From Tubulanus polymorphus (Eukaryota > Animalia > Nemertea), in assembly GCF_964204645.1 (NCBI RefSeq), contig NC_134035.1, forward strand, positions 4,092,001 through 4,156,000: a DNA stretch of 64,000 nucleotides, read 5' to 3'. The position numbers were made by a program, and so were the translations under genes. Of the stretch, positions 37,039-50,370 are shown piece after piece. The notes under the pieces are model-generated. The model did no database searches. It worked only from the letters and a program-made list of their open reading frames with translations, and was not told the DNA's origin. Position 1 is the first letter of the stretch. Each line of letters begins with the position of its first letter.

Positions 37039-40000
37039 GGCTGAAAAAAAAACCGGATTAGAAAAAGGCGGTTTCAATGCTTAATCTATCTCGACTTAAT
37101 CATTTCGGACCGAACTCGGTTCGTGAATATCCCGAATCAATCCGTCATATTTCATATAGATTTATGCATAGGTGGACCATCGATTCGGATAAGATAGAAA
37201 TTTAGATTGAACTTTTAAATCCCGAGAAAGCGGGTTTAATTTTTTAGGAAAAACACAACTTCGAAGTCACAACTTTTGACTAATCTATACTATCCGCGGT
37301 AAGTGGAGTCTGTTTATCAGAAAATTCGGAATTTGTTCCTATAGTAAACGTATAGGTTTTTATAGAAGCGCCCTTAGCCCTGGCGTTGCATATATTATTA
37401 TCAGAAATGTAAGTCTTACGTGAAAATGTTAGTCTTAGGTCTAAGATTTTTTTAAGTTTACGTGACATGTTAGCCTTAGGTCTAAAAACTATTATTCCTA
37501 CGTGAAATGTTAGTCTTGCATCTACGAATAATTAGTCTTTAAGTCTAGGAATAGTTTATGCGTTGGTACTTTGTCTGAAATGTTAGAAGTGATTTTTCTG
37601 AGGAATTAGTTTCATACCATGATGCAAGTTTTAATTAACAATCATTCCCGATGATCGATAAATATCCGAGCTCCATCAGTTCATCTTATAGTGTTTTAAC
37701 ACTTTATTAACGAATTAATTCACGATAAGAAGTAGCGAAGTGAATACAAAATACTGTGGAACAAAACGCTGGACAAACTGCTGAAGTTGAAACACCAACT
37801 TACGAACTAGAAGCCCACAAACTAGAAGCCCACTAACTAGATGCTCACACACTAGAAGCCCACACACTTGCATTGATGGACAAATACATTACGTTAAAAA
37901 GTAAACGATTATAAACCTTGTTTCACGATCGTTCACCCCTGTTGTGATTCATTGCTTTGGTTTTACGTAATACGAGAAAAAGATGTTGACCCAGCTACGC
38001 GATTTCTCCGGTAAACCGGTAAACACGATTATCCCCGAAAAAATACTGTACGGTTTTCTTCACGCGGAATTCCCTGTCGGCGGCGTAAAAGGTCGCGATG
38101 CGGACGACGATTCTCAGAAATTTAGTTGAGCTTAGGTCAACGTAAAAATCGGATGGCACATCGATTCAAGCCAGTCACGACAATAACAACAAAGTCACTG
38201 GACGTTTCAGAATTCTTCTATGCATCTTCAGAAATATTTTCGAAAAACTTTTTTTACTCGAAATGATGCTGTTTATTGGCGAGGAAACCCAGACAAATTC
38301 GCAACATTTTAATACATACATATCTCTTGTTCGCCGAAGAAACTTAAACGAAATACAATTTATTATTATATTATATATTAAATTACAATTTATTTATCAT
38401 TATTATATTTCTGGACATTTCATATAAATCTGTGGAGATGGATAGAAGCGTTCGACCCGAAATATCGGCGTTCTTTTCTCATCACGTCATTTTCCGTCAG
38501 ATCGTCAATATTGTAGATGTTTTTTTTATTCTATATAAAACCTCGCAAATATTTTCGTAACGAATTTCCTTCCCCCGCAGAAACTCAGTACAAAGTTTCG
38601 TCAGGTCAAACCGATTTTCGTGTCTAGGTTGTCGTCGTCGTCGTCGTCAACCGGCACGACTTTCGACGCGGTTAATAATCGTCGCTGTCAACATTTTCAC
38701 GAACGCGCGAAGCCGCGTGTTTCGCGTCAATCTAATTCGTCCAATTATCCGTACATTGTTATTTGTGAGGTTGATAGGTTGTGTATGTATGTATTTACGG
38801 GTGAAGGCTCCGGGCAGATTCGTGTTTTCTCCGGGGGTCCAAGGTCGGATATTCCAAACAGCACGACCGGAAACTCCCTACAGCCAATGTCACACGAATT
38901 AATAAGCCCATTACGCGTGCGGGTAATGCGATCGCGTACCTATTCGCATTTTGACACCCGCGTTCGTGACAGAGTTGTCCGTGATTTCTGAAGGTTTGTT
39001 TTCCTGATGGAAAAGGCGATTTTCCCATACGATTTTCCCTAACGAAGCGAGCATTATTGAACCATAAAAAAATGAAAAGGCGATTTTCAAACGATTTCTA
39101 AAATCAACGAAATAATCATTACGTAACCATGAAAAAATTGATAGCTATACAACGAGATCATTTCTGATGTGGGGGTCTAGGAAATTTGGACGAAGTTCAT
39201 CGAGATTTCATTTATACGGGCCAAAGCCTTGTGGACATTGAACTAGATCTTAAGTTGACGCCCGGTGAAACGCCAACTTTCCTGCAAGAACTAACCGTAA
39301 ACTGCGATAGAGTTGGAGGTCCCTTGTACGTCACACCGTGACGCAGCGGCGTTGGCGATGTCATAGAAGAAAGATTTATGCGGACTAAATTTCGACCCAA
39401 GTTGTAAGATAAGATAAGATAACATATAATATGATAACTGTATTTGTCTCCGCGACTAAAACGATAGGTGGTAATAACAATAGTGATGATAAATTCTTAA
39501 TCATACATGATATAAATTATCACTGTGTAATTTGCAGACGAGAGTCAATTTTGAATCATACGAATACGAATATTCATTACACTCCGACCATTCCCATGGT
39601 ATATGGAAGAAAAAACAGTATTTACAATTATTTACAAAAACAGTAGATAAAAACACTTTGAAACATAACAAACGTTATTTACAACATACTATAATTTACA
39701 CACTACCGGAGGGATCCATATACATCTAGACCTAATTTGATAGATTTAATCATCTACTGATGCGCGCGCGCCATCTATGGCTCGAGGTCCTCGTTGATTA
39801 GAACCACGTGTGTGAATATGATATTGCGATTACAGAATTGAAATCATTGAACAAAAAAAAATTCATTCAACGAACACAAAACTGTCCCCGACGCTTTGGG
39901 GCCGCGCATTCGAACACGTCTTTAAAACTGCAAAATGTAGTGAATATCTCGAAGCGAATGGCGTTGATTTCGCGACGGCGGAATATAATCACCGCGATAA

Positions 40001-42062
40001 CGTAATCGTACTGGTAATGAACGCCGTATCATCGTCGTCGTCCTAATAACAACGTTAGCCGATGATCGCAACTGACAGCGATGCCGGTTAATAGTCACTT
40101 CAAGTTTACGCGCGCGATCCTCTCTCCGTACGCACACCTCGCCCCGTTTCAATTTACAACCGACGCGCAAAACTTTTTGAATTATTAATCGATTTCCTCG
40201 GCAGCGATATCGCGTCCAATCTACGCCGCGTCGCTTGACTACGACCTGGACCAGATAAAACCAGAGTTTTTGTTAAAAAGGCTCGGCGCTTTTTGGTACG
40301 AAGAGGATAACGTATGGCAAAATGAAGTCGGGTTTAGGGATTCAACTACTGTTGACTATACCCACTTACGGATTTTTTGACGCCGATATAACCGTTAGAA
40401 TAATCTTTTTATACACTGATACCTGTATGGGTGGAGGGGGAGGGGGAAGGGGGTAGTTCTTGGTGACTTGGAACCTATAGAGTAGCAATAAAGGATATTT
40501 GATGAATATTTGATGATATTTGATGCTCGCGGAATCTGCGCAAAAATAATCGAATTTGAGATGTAAGTCGATATATCGCTCGATCTTGTGAAGAATAATC
40601 GTGCGATGTGAATACACATTTTTGCGGATTCTCTCTCAGTTTCCGCGCGCGATCTCGTATCTTACCGAGGAAACAAAACTCTGCCGGTGATTAGATGAAC
40701 TTATCATCGCTGGAGGTCGTCGACGACAAGGTCGTTAGAGTTGGTACGGTGCGGCCGTCACCGACTATAGTTAACACAACGCCGGCCAATCGTACCGAAG
40801 TAGACTGACGCCCTCTTTTTCAAAATTCTAATCTCATCTTTGATAAAGAAAGCATATTTCATATATGTAATTTCTTACTTGACCAGGCAGGTGGTAACAA
40901 TCACTTTTTATAGAAACACATCGTCGTGGTACGCTTTTATCTTACACCAGACGGTCGTAATAATAAACTTAACTGAAACAACCTGAATCGATATACCGAT
41001 TGATAAAATGTATTTATATCTACGTTTTTGTCATGCTATATACAGCATCCTATGACCTCCGCCCATTCCGGTGATATTTAATCGAATTAACGCTACGTGC
41101 TCGCGTCGTATTTTAACTGTATTACGAACCGGCGCTATTGTCGTACGCAAAAACAGCCTTTCATTCGTCGTCGCGGTGAGACCACAGGTGTTGGCTGGCT
41201 ATACGGCCAACGCCTATATCCGCCGTGGAAGCGAACGCGCGTGTTTTTTTTTGCGCGGTGATGACCTCTGCGTCGCGATACGGCCACAAAATACCTGGTG
41301 TCGTAGATCCGCTACTCATTTTCTTCTTCTGAAAAGGCACTTTATATTCCGCGCGGCGAACCATTAATTTCTTATACGGCCGGTGGACCTAGGCCGCCTT
41401 CTCTTCATCTAATGCCTAGCAAACATCTTGTTGATTGTTTTGTTTCCAGATCCATCATCTAAACCTCCGTGTCTTGATGCAATGTCTGTATGCAAGATGC
41501 TACTGACGAAAAAAAATCTTATTTTTGCGAAATTGTTTATCTACAGAATAATATGAAAGAACTGATCTAAACCATGTTTAACTGACTGCTCTGAACCCCT
41601 GTTTGACTGATCTGAAGCCCGTTTGACTGATCTGAACCCTGTTTGACTGATCTGACCCCTGTTTGATCGTCAATTATTTCAGACAAGTTAATTCACCATC
41701 AATTCATTACAAAAGCTTTTTACGAGTCATTGTTCACGGGGGTGGAAGTATTTACCCTTCTGATTGTTTGTTTGTTGTTGTTGTTTGGTTTTGTTTGATT
41801 TATCGACGCGACCTTAATTCGATTAATAATTCGTTCGCGACGGTAAAAGCAATACGCAAAAAAGACTTTTCCAGCAAGCGCAATTCAATGATGATAGATT
41901 AGTCGTTGTATTACGATATCATACACGGTATTTTCGTTCAAAACGAGCGTCCGATAAGATAAATTTTCTTTGTGAATGCGATTATTTTGTCCAGCGAAAA
42001 GTAAATCAATCAATTCGTACCGCGGTAAAACATCGAAACTATCTCAATCGGATTTAAAAATC

Positions 42063-42348
42063 TAAGGCTACGATATAGTTATTTATCAATTAACACGAAT
42101 TTCGGCATTAGTCAGCACCGAGTCTATGGGAAATTAATTCAAGATTTTTTACGTTTGAATCGAATACGCATCGTTTTTCGAAATTCGTTTCATTATTCGT
42201 ATAAGCAGCTACCACCAGTTCCATTCGATTTCGTTAAGTTTCAATGCGGGTTCTTTTTCGTGAACCCATACTATTGATTGACTCAGTACCGACTAATGCC
42301 GAAATTCGGTTTCTTTCGTAAGTGTTAATTGATAACTATCGTAGCTTT
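42063..42348. mobile_element. Palindromic MITE
   Basis: Arms AAGGCTACGATA..TATCAATTAACAC.GAATTTCGGCATTAGTC..GAGTC versus GACTC..GACTAATGCCGAAATTC..GTGTTAATTGATA..TATCGTAGCTTT. Confidence 0.75.
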
Positions 42349-43427
42349 AAATTTTTAAATCTGTTTAAGCTAGTTTCTATTTCTAGTAGCTTTCTATTTC
42401 TGTTTGTTTTCATTCTTATAAGACTCGAATGAATGAATGAATAATTTCATTTCGCATTTCGAGTTACACACATAATATAATGAAATATACAAGCAACTTT
42501 GTTTTAACCAGTCTATGTTAACGGACCTTTAGATAGTATAGCGTAGTCAACTATTGAACTTTTTCTATTTAGAAATATGTTTAAGATGGTCGAGTTTTCT
42601 TATCCTTTCCACTAAGTTTCATTTTACTTGGATTTATCAGTAGATCACAACTATAATATATGTAAAATGCCACACGAATGTGGCAAAACAATCTTTTAGA
42701 ATATTAGATATATTTCTAGTGGTTCATCCTTCTTCAGTCTGAACATAAATGTAACGGGTATTAGAAATTTTGAAATCTGGCGCCTCAACTTTCATTCTAG
42801 TTTTTGTTTTGATGAGTCCATACAAAAATGTAACCGACGTTTCTGATGTCGTTTTAAGTCTTAAAAGTCATTGAAATTTTTGTTTTTACATCCGTTAAAA
42901 GCTGTTAACGTTAAACACATACATTTTGTGCAGACAACACTGACATATGAATATATTGATATGACTATACCGAGTAATTCTGTCGATTAGTCCTAATAGA
43001 AATTCCTTCTTCAATTTCTCTATCAAGTTGTGCTCTCTCCCTCTACGACGAAAGCTGCTCCAGACGGATAGATAGATGCGTGTGCTTATAATAGTCCTAT
43101 CGTTCTCCAAATGAGAAAACGCGCCTCCTCGCGCGCTGCTTTATAATAACTTCGATATAGACGCGTGATTGTGGAACTGAACACACGCGACGACCGGTTA
43201 AAAACGACGTGCGCTTCGCCGGGGAAAAATTGCATTTTTTGCCGGCATCTTGCGTAAAAAAGGCTATCAGCTCCGCCTTTCGCATGACTGGATGCGACTG
43301 GTCGATCAATAATTAATCAAACAGCCGTAAGTGATACATAAAAACTGTGGTCATCGCGCGGCGTTTTTCTAACTTACTCGGGGACAAGAAAATGGACATG
43401 TATATGTATATATAACTGGACTATCTT

Positions 43428-43950
43428 CAGGGGCCGGTTCCATAGTCAGGGCTTAGACTTAAGACCAGTCTAAGACCAAATTAGTTCTATAGCCAATCTA
43501 ACAACTTAGGTCCAGTCTTATGATTTAAGACCACTTTTGGACTTAAATCGTGACTGTATAACTGACCCCAGGGGCCGGTTTCGAAGTCATGGCCTAGACT
43601 TATAAGACCCGTCTAAGACCATCTTAGTTCTCTAGTTAATATGACTACTCGAGTCCAGTCTAAGGCCATCTTAGTTACATCTAATCTAACAGCTTTAGAC
43701 CAGTCCAAGATCAACTTAGTTCTTTAGCCAATCTAACAACTTAAGATCAGTCTAAGATCGCCTTAGTTACCTAACAACCAGTCTTTAGACCAGTCTTAGC
43801 TCATTTGGGTCTATAGCCAATCTAACAACTTAAGCACAGTCCAAGACCATCTTAGTTCCAAAGCTAATCTTGCAACTTAAGAACGGTCTAAGACCATCTT
43901 AGTTCTAGCTTAGTTATATAGCTAAACTTTGCAACTTAAGACCAGTCGTC
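43428..43950. mobile_element. Two adjacent Harbinger-like MITEs, the second with an expanded 47-bp array
   Basis: CAGGGGCCGGTT... termini at 43428 and 43569. The first copy closes with GACTGTATAACTGACCCCAG and closely resembles 51810-51955. Confidence 0.7.
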
Positions 43951-45841
43951 AGATTTGCGAACTCAAGTCTCGACAGAAAACAGAAAACAAGAGAAGATCT
44001 TTGACATTTTTTTAAGCAATAGAAAACGTTTACTTTTTCCGAACGCATTTATTAGAATTAGTGCTTGTCTACGTTTTGTTTTCGAATCGCTGTCGTTTCA
44101 ATTAAACATCTGTCCAACACGATAAACGATTATGAAATACGAGATGACGAATAGTTTGATATCTGCGGTGACCTTTTCCTTTCGACGATATCGCACTCGA
44201 TCAACTGAGTTTTTATCTTTTTGTCAGTTATGAACCAGAGGCATGCGTCGTTAAATGCGCGTGGGCGCTGTGAGCACCGTTAAAATATATAGACCGCATC
44301 GTCGTCAATAGCGCACCGTGCTTTTATTCAATAAATCCGCGCCGGCGATGATTATCGCGTATGTCTCTCGATTTTGTTTAAAATTACGTCTAATGTTTTT
44401 ATTACTGACATTTTCCAACGGACGTTAAAACCATTTAGGCAAAGATTGATCGCGAAATTCAAGCATTCGGATGTATATATGATGTTTAAAGGCGAAGTTC
44501 GCAGAAAAACTAACATCGTGCATTTGATTATGCTGCCCTATTCCCCTGATCATAACGAAATGCAATGAGAAAAATCTCGAGCTGTCACCGTTCCAGGGGC
44601 GCGTCTAGTTATATCGGAAGGCCGGGTTCCAGAAGAAATGGCGAAGGCATTTCTCGGATAACGCAGCCTTGTAAAGCCCACTAGCGGTGTCCGACCCTCG
44701 GTGTCATGATATTTTTGAATAAATACGTACATCCTTAACGATGCAAATTCCGAGAGGATTGGCGTCAAAATATCTGCGTGGTTTAACTCTCTCTGTCTCG
44801 ATGAAATGGGCAACCTCAGCGCGGAGACAGGGTTCGGGGCCCCCGATATCATCCCCTAATTTTTTTTCCTTCTCATTTTCAGTATTTTCTTACTATTTCG
44901 ATTTTGACGTGTACAGAAATGCGAAATAGGTCACTGCCGGTCTGGCCTCAGATTAACAACTATATTGAACTTTATTTTCTGTTATATTTCGATGCAATGT
45001 TCCCTGAAGAAAAATTCAACTATAGTTATTGACAGCACCTATTGGCGGCTGGTAGCCGTGGAAAAGCAGCCATTTCGAATGAAAATAAATACTAAACGAA
45101 TGATACAAAAATAGGGCGGACATTATTATGCCGGTCTATTCCAGTTGAAAAATGCAGTTTTGACGTGTCCCCCGCTCGCGGTTAATCAGCCGCTATAAAA
45201 AACAACAAATCACCGCAATGTATTGAATCGCAATGAGCAGTATATATATATATATACGTGTATTGTAACCGCGGTCTGATGTCCGGTACCAATCAGCCAT
45301 TAGACGCACACGACTAATGGCTGTAATGGGCATTCTGTGAAACAGGTTTAGACGAGCAAATAAATACCTGGCCTACGAGACGCGAATAACGATGATGCGC
45401 CGATGATGAAGCGGCTTAATAAAAGATAATACGGCAACTTTGCGGCGAATTTATCGAGGCTTTTAGAAGAATGCCGACGATTTTGTATAGACTCATCCGC
45501 GCAGGCAATGATAATTCAATTCGTCCCGTTCTCGAGGACAAACCCACGTATAGAATTTGTATGTTTGTTTTGTTTTATATTAAATCCCGAGGCGTCGTTT
45601 CAGACGTCGTTTCAGACGTCGTTATTGTTTACTTTCAAAATAGCGGGTTTAATTCGAAGTCAAACAACATTATCGAAATTCGATCAACGTTGACTGTCTC
45701 TGCGACCCGGTCGAAGCATCTTGACCGAGTTCGGTCGCCGGGTTCTCGGGACGGTGTTAGCTAAGGGGACAATCTGAGAATTTATTGTTGTCTAGCAACG
45801 TACTCACCGGTCGAACCGGGTGCGGAAAAATCATCCTCATA

Positions 45842-46432
45842 CAGGGTGGCGCCACTGACCTCGAAACCGGGGAAAACTCGAGGAATAGAAAAAGCCACAG
45901 AAATCAGGGAAAATTCATGGAATTCGGATATGCCATTGACCACGCGTTTCTTAATCGATTTATGGAAAAATTGATAAATAGTAACATTTTAAATCGAGGA
46001 ATTTCTCCATTCACCTACAACAGAATCACTCGGGGAATTTCTCCATTTACCTGCGGCAGATTCACTCAGGGAATTTCTCCATTTACCTGCGGCAGATTCA
46101 CTCAGGGAATTTCTCCATTCCCTTCCTGTAGATTCACTCAGGGAATTTCTCCATTCCCTTCCTGCAGATTCACTCAGGGAATTTCTCCATTCCCTTCCTG
46201 CAGATTCACTCGGGGAATTCCTCCATTCCCTTCCTGTAGATTCACTCAGGGAATTTCTCCATTCCCTTCCTGTTGATTCACTCAGGGAATTTCTCCATTT
46301 ACCTGCAGCAGATTACTCAAGGAATTTCTTTATTAACGAGCAGCAAATTCACTTGGGGAATTTTGTGCTTATCACATAGAAAGATGGGAGAAAATGCAGG
46401 AAATTTGTAAATGGGGGTAAAGTAACCACGCT
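45842..46432. mobile_element. CAGGGTGG-terminated (hAT-like) MITE with an internal 36-bp array (about 10 copies, 45998-46360)
   Basis: Unit GGGAATTTCTCCATT(T/C)..CTG..GCAGATTCACTCA. Flanks resemble 27980-28210 (GGAATT.GGATATGC...TTGACCACGCG) and 57628-58182. Confidence 0.65.
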
Positions 46433-47211
46433 TTTAAACAGTCGAATTTATGATAGCTATCAGCATTTTATCGCACAGGATAAACCCGTGTTGTTCGCCT
46501 AAGAACACGTTGATGATAACATTTCTTTTGATCGCATGCTCTTTACATGGAAATCTATATATATATATATATATATAAGTCGGTAGCTACCCCGCAGGAA
46601 AACTCGATCCAAAACCAATAGAACCCGCTGTTCGAATAATGTCGCCGATAAATATTGAATTCAACAAATCGCCAGGGCCGCGTAGAGATCTGATTAAACA
46701 GCTTAAAACAGCAGAAATACGAAGAAGCCACCGAATCAGACGGTCATATTTGACTAATGATTGGTCAATATTGTTTTTGCTATATTTGCGCCGTTGATTA
46801 CGGCGCGGTCACCGTTTACTAGGAGTCGGTGCCCATTGCTGGTTGGTGTCGGAAACTCGGAAACAAACTAAATACGGGTAATTCATCCATTTCATTTCGA
46901 TGTTGTTTTATGAATTTGTGGGCATCGTTTCTTTCTATGAAAAAGTGGCGTTAAATCAAAACACGGTATTCACGGCGGAAAGCAGTGACACCGCTGATCT
47001 CATTTTTGGGCCAATACTCGTTAATCTATAGCAATGTCTGTGTACGATTCTGGGGTCAGTCTCTCGAAATTCAGATCAAATCTAAATTCATGAATCAATC
47101 AATCAAATAGAAAAAATCCCTATATCAAGATAAAATTGGATATCTAATCGTCGGAGAATAACACGATGGAGAAAATGCAATTTCAATTGTCACTAAGGCG
47201 TTCATCAAACC

Positions 47212-47470
47212 AGGATCCAGTTCCACAGTGGTGTTAGTTGGAGTTAACTTTGAGTTAAAATTAGTTCATTTTCAATGAGTTAACCTTGAGTTAAATCTTA
47301 ACTCACAAACACTGTGGAACTGGATCCAGGGGCTGCAGTTGTGCAATAGTTGTTGAAAGATAACCGGATCCAGTTCCACAGTTGTGAGTTAAGATTTGAC
47401 TCTGAGTTAACTCAATGAAAATTAACTAACTTCAACTCTGAGTTAACTCTAACCGTGGAACTGGGTCCCC
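47212..47470. mobile_element. Tandem pair of short palindromic MITEs (GGATCCAGTTCCACAG...CTGTGGAACTGGATCC)
   Basis: Copies at 47213-47327 and 47367-47468; same family at 18242-18335 and 50694-50788. Confidence 0.75.
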
Positions 47471-47684
47471 CGTTGGACGAATATCATAGTTACGACGAAC
47501 TTTTAATTTTCGACATGTCAACTATCCACTGGTTAATTCAACCAACTTTTGTGCGAACTCTAACCAACTTCTGATCAACTTTCTGACCGTGCCCTGCTTT
47601 TCAAATTCCTAAAAACGCCGTTCAAGTATTCTCTTTCTCGTAATTTCAGCCCCGGGTTTTTAAGTTACCGATTGAAACACGAAA

Positions 47685-48389
47685 ATGAAGGTGCACGCTA
47701 CCGGACCGCACTATCTGACTCCGACGACGATTCGGTCGACTAACAACGGTCGACCGGCTTCTCCGAACTATCGGTGCGTTACGCCGAACCGACATCAGCA
47801 TCACAGATCGGTGACTCCCACCACTTACCCGACCGCTTACTACATGAAACCGGCCGGATGCTGCGACCAGGCGGGATGCGGCGGCGAGGGCGGCGGATGC
47901 TGCGCCGCGAAAGGAGCGTGTTACCGCTGTTGTTGTTGCAAACGTTGCACAATCGGAGGCGGCACCGCGTCGATTATATTCGGGATTCTGATTATAGGAT
48001 TGGGCTGTTGCGTTATGGTTTTCGTGAACGGGTGCATCTCCTGGCCGATCAACATGCTTTGCGCCGTGTACTTACACTTCTGGGGCGGCGCTCTGGTCGT
48101 GGTCAGTGGTTCTTTAGGCGTTGCGGCTAGCAAGAAGAAAACTGTCTGCTTGTACGCCATGTCGCTGGTGATGGCCCTGTTCGCGATGGCGGTCGGCGCC
48201 ACGCTTTTGGTCCTGCCGACCTTCGTCATCGCCGACATGTTCAACAGCATCAATTTCGACCAGTACGTCGTCATGTTGACGCTGATACTCCTGCTTCAAG
48301 TGGTCGTATCAGCGGCCACGTGTTTAGCGTGCCTGTTCCAACTGATCGGTTGTTGTCGAGCGATCCACCACAAAACCAGCGCTAAATAA
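47685..48389 (+). CDS. MS4A/CD20-like four-transmembrane protein, 234 aa, single coding exon
   Basis: Four hydrophobic helices; TM2 has the CD20-family HFWGGALVVVSGSLGVAA pattern. GC-rich coding-like codons, acceptor TAATTTCAG| at 47649 upstream of the ATG, AATAAA near 48477. Confidence 0.8.
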   Translation: MKVHATGPHYLTPTTIRSTNNGRPASPNYRCVTPNRHQHHRSVTPTTYPTAYYMKPAGCCDQAGCGGEGGGCCAAKGACYRCCCCKRCTIGGGTASIIFGILIIGLGCCVMVFVNGCISWPINMLCAVYLHFWGGALVVVSGSLGVAASKKKTVCLYAMSLVMALFAMAVGATLLVLPTFVIADMFNSINFDQYVVMLTLILLLQVVVSAATCLACLFQLIGCCRAIHHKTSAK

Positions 48390-49459
48390 ACCCTAAACCC
48401 GAATGTTTAGCATCTCCGGGAATACCGAAATTCTTGCAGGACGACCGACATTACGATCATTTTGTGTATGCCCTTCAATAAAGGCATCAGATAAAACTGT
48501 TCAAATCGCCTGTTGAAGTGACCTTTCTGCGCTAGTTTTCTCCCGATGTACGGTCGACTATTAGACTGTGTCGGTTTTGCTGGTGTTAGAAGAAAAGCTT
48601 CCGATGACTTGTCCTTGTAGTTGTAGGAATGTATAATCTCATTAGAAAAAATATTACCATTTTTTCTGTTGGAGATATTTCAAAATGGACTTCGCCATTA
48701 GATTCGCCATGCGAAGATACACTGTAAACGTAGCGTAAGTTTGAAATTTGATAGGAGGTGTAGCCGGGCCAACAATTTTACCGATGATAATTTTTTTTGG
48801 AAACGTATTTTTGGTCGACTGTGAAACAGCTGCGTCTAAAATATCAGGATCTGTAACATTCATGAAAAGTGACTAAATCGACTTGGTCCCGAATAGCTCT
48901 CAGAATACAGCCTTCAAAATGCAACCATTCATTTAAGACGCATTTCTCCGGAGAGACCGACGAGAAATAGGGGCGAATTTTCCCCCGGTTAACGCCTCGT
49001 GGCGTCAGATTTGGGCCGGGCCAACGTTGATAACTTGCATCCGCCAGCCCTGTGTGGGACGAAAGTAAAAAATGCCTCGTCTAAGAAAGAGTGGGGGAAA
49101 TCTTTAACCATTATCGATGCTGCGACTCGTTAACGCATTCTATTTAACGAGGCCTCCAATGGCTAACATGCGATATGTAAAAAAATAGTTCAGTAAAATC
49201 TATCTCGATTAATTACTCTTGTTTCTTGTATGTGTTAGAGTAAGTGACGGATGAATTATTCAATATAAAGACGCCGTTGAGGTCTTCGAAAGACTTTTCG
49301 CTATGCATATTATATACATATGGATATTTCTTTGTTTTCAAAGCGCCGATGGTCTAAACGCGCGCGCATCAATTCGACGGAAAGCGCCTTTTCACTAGAT
49401 ATCGCGACATCAAAACTGAACGAAACCAATAACGAAAGCGAGTTCTCGATGCGAAGAAT

Positions 49460-50370
49460 CTTTTCAGGGGTCTTCGCTTTCTTCGAGGCGGATAATTACT
49501 TTCCGGCGGAGAGCTCGGCCCGATTCACTGTCGCGGCGGCGGCCACCGTCTTTATGTCGGGCTTTATGTACGAAACGTCGTTTAATATGATTAACAAGGC
49601 GGCAACAGTCGAGCCGATCGGGGAGGACTTTGTTATAAAGGACGGATTGGTACATTGAATATATTCGAGTCGATGGCGACCGTCGTTAGATGTATTATCC
49701 GCATCGACAATGTCATATTGACAGTCATTATGACGAGCAATCAACTCAAGGTTGAGATGATTGCTCGTAGCTATGACTGGCTGTTTTCTCGGCTAGTCGC
49801 CTGTGTTTGTTTGACGAAGGACACACGGGGCGTCTCTTAAGGGGGTCGGAATTGCGAACTCCCCCTCCTATTTGAACCTTAGTGCCCATTTTTAAATAAC
49901 GAATAACAGTCCGATTCAATTTTTCGTGCACTAAAATCGAGCTGTACATTTTTTAACCAAGTGCCACTGGTTTTGGCCCTTTTTAAGAGAAATTTAACCC
50001 GCGGACAATACGATTTGCGTAACCTATATTGTCGTAACTTTCTCAGCATCGCAGATACTATGTTCCCCAGGTATAGAAGTAGTTGTATCCATTGTGATCC
50101 ACGATTTGTGGGTACCCAAGTAACATCAGACACTAAGGTTCTTGGCGAAATATTCAAGACGTGTTTGGCGCGGGATGCGACTTTTCCGCGCGATTTCGAT
50201 ATTGTAACTGTTTCGGATAATGCACGGTCGGTCTATAGCCGAAGCTTGATCGAACTATACGGATTTGAGCAGTGTCTGGCTGCCGCAATTTCATTTGACG
50301 TCAATGGTTTTCACAGATCCAACATCAAACACATCGTCGGAATTAAGAATGCATACAATGACGATGCCTC
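49460..50370 (-). pseudogene. Decayed intronless SUEL/Gal-lectin-like type I membrane protein gene (copy 2)
   Basis: Minus frame: ICENH*RQMKLRQPDTAQIRIVRSSFGYRPTVHYPKQLQYR...FRQEP*CLM, resembling the SUEL pattern CE..L.L.CP...I.I..A.YGR....CP. Degraded TM near 49770-49690; multiple stops and frameshifts. Confidence 0.5.

Noticed and set aside
45785-46276. 163-aa ORF with GISPF repeats
   Set aside because: Translation of the 36-bp array inside a MITE.
50123-50135. Conserved TGA-TGT in the three lectin-like relics as a selenocysteine UC motif
   Set aside because: That frame has other stops and no conserved flanking protein, and no SECIS was recognised.
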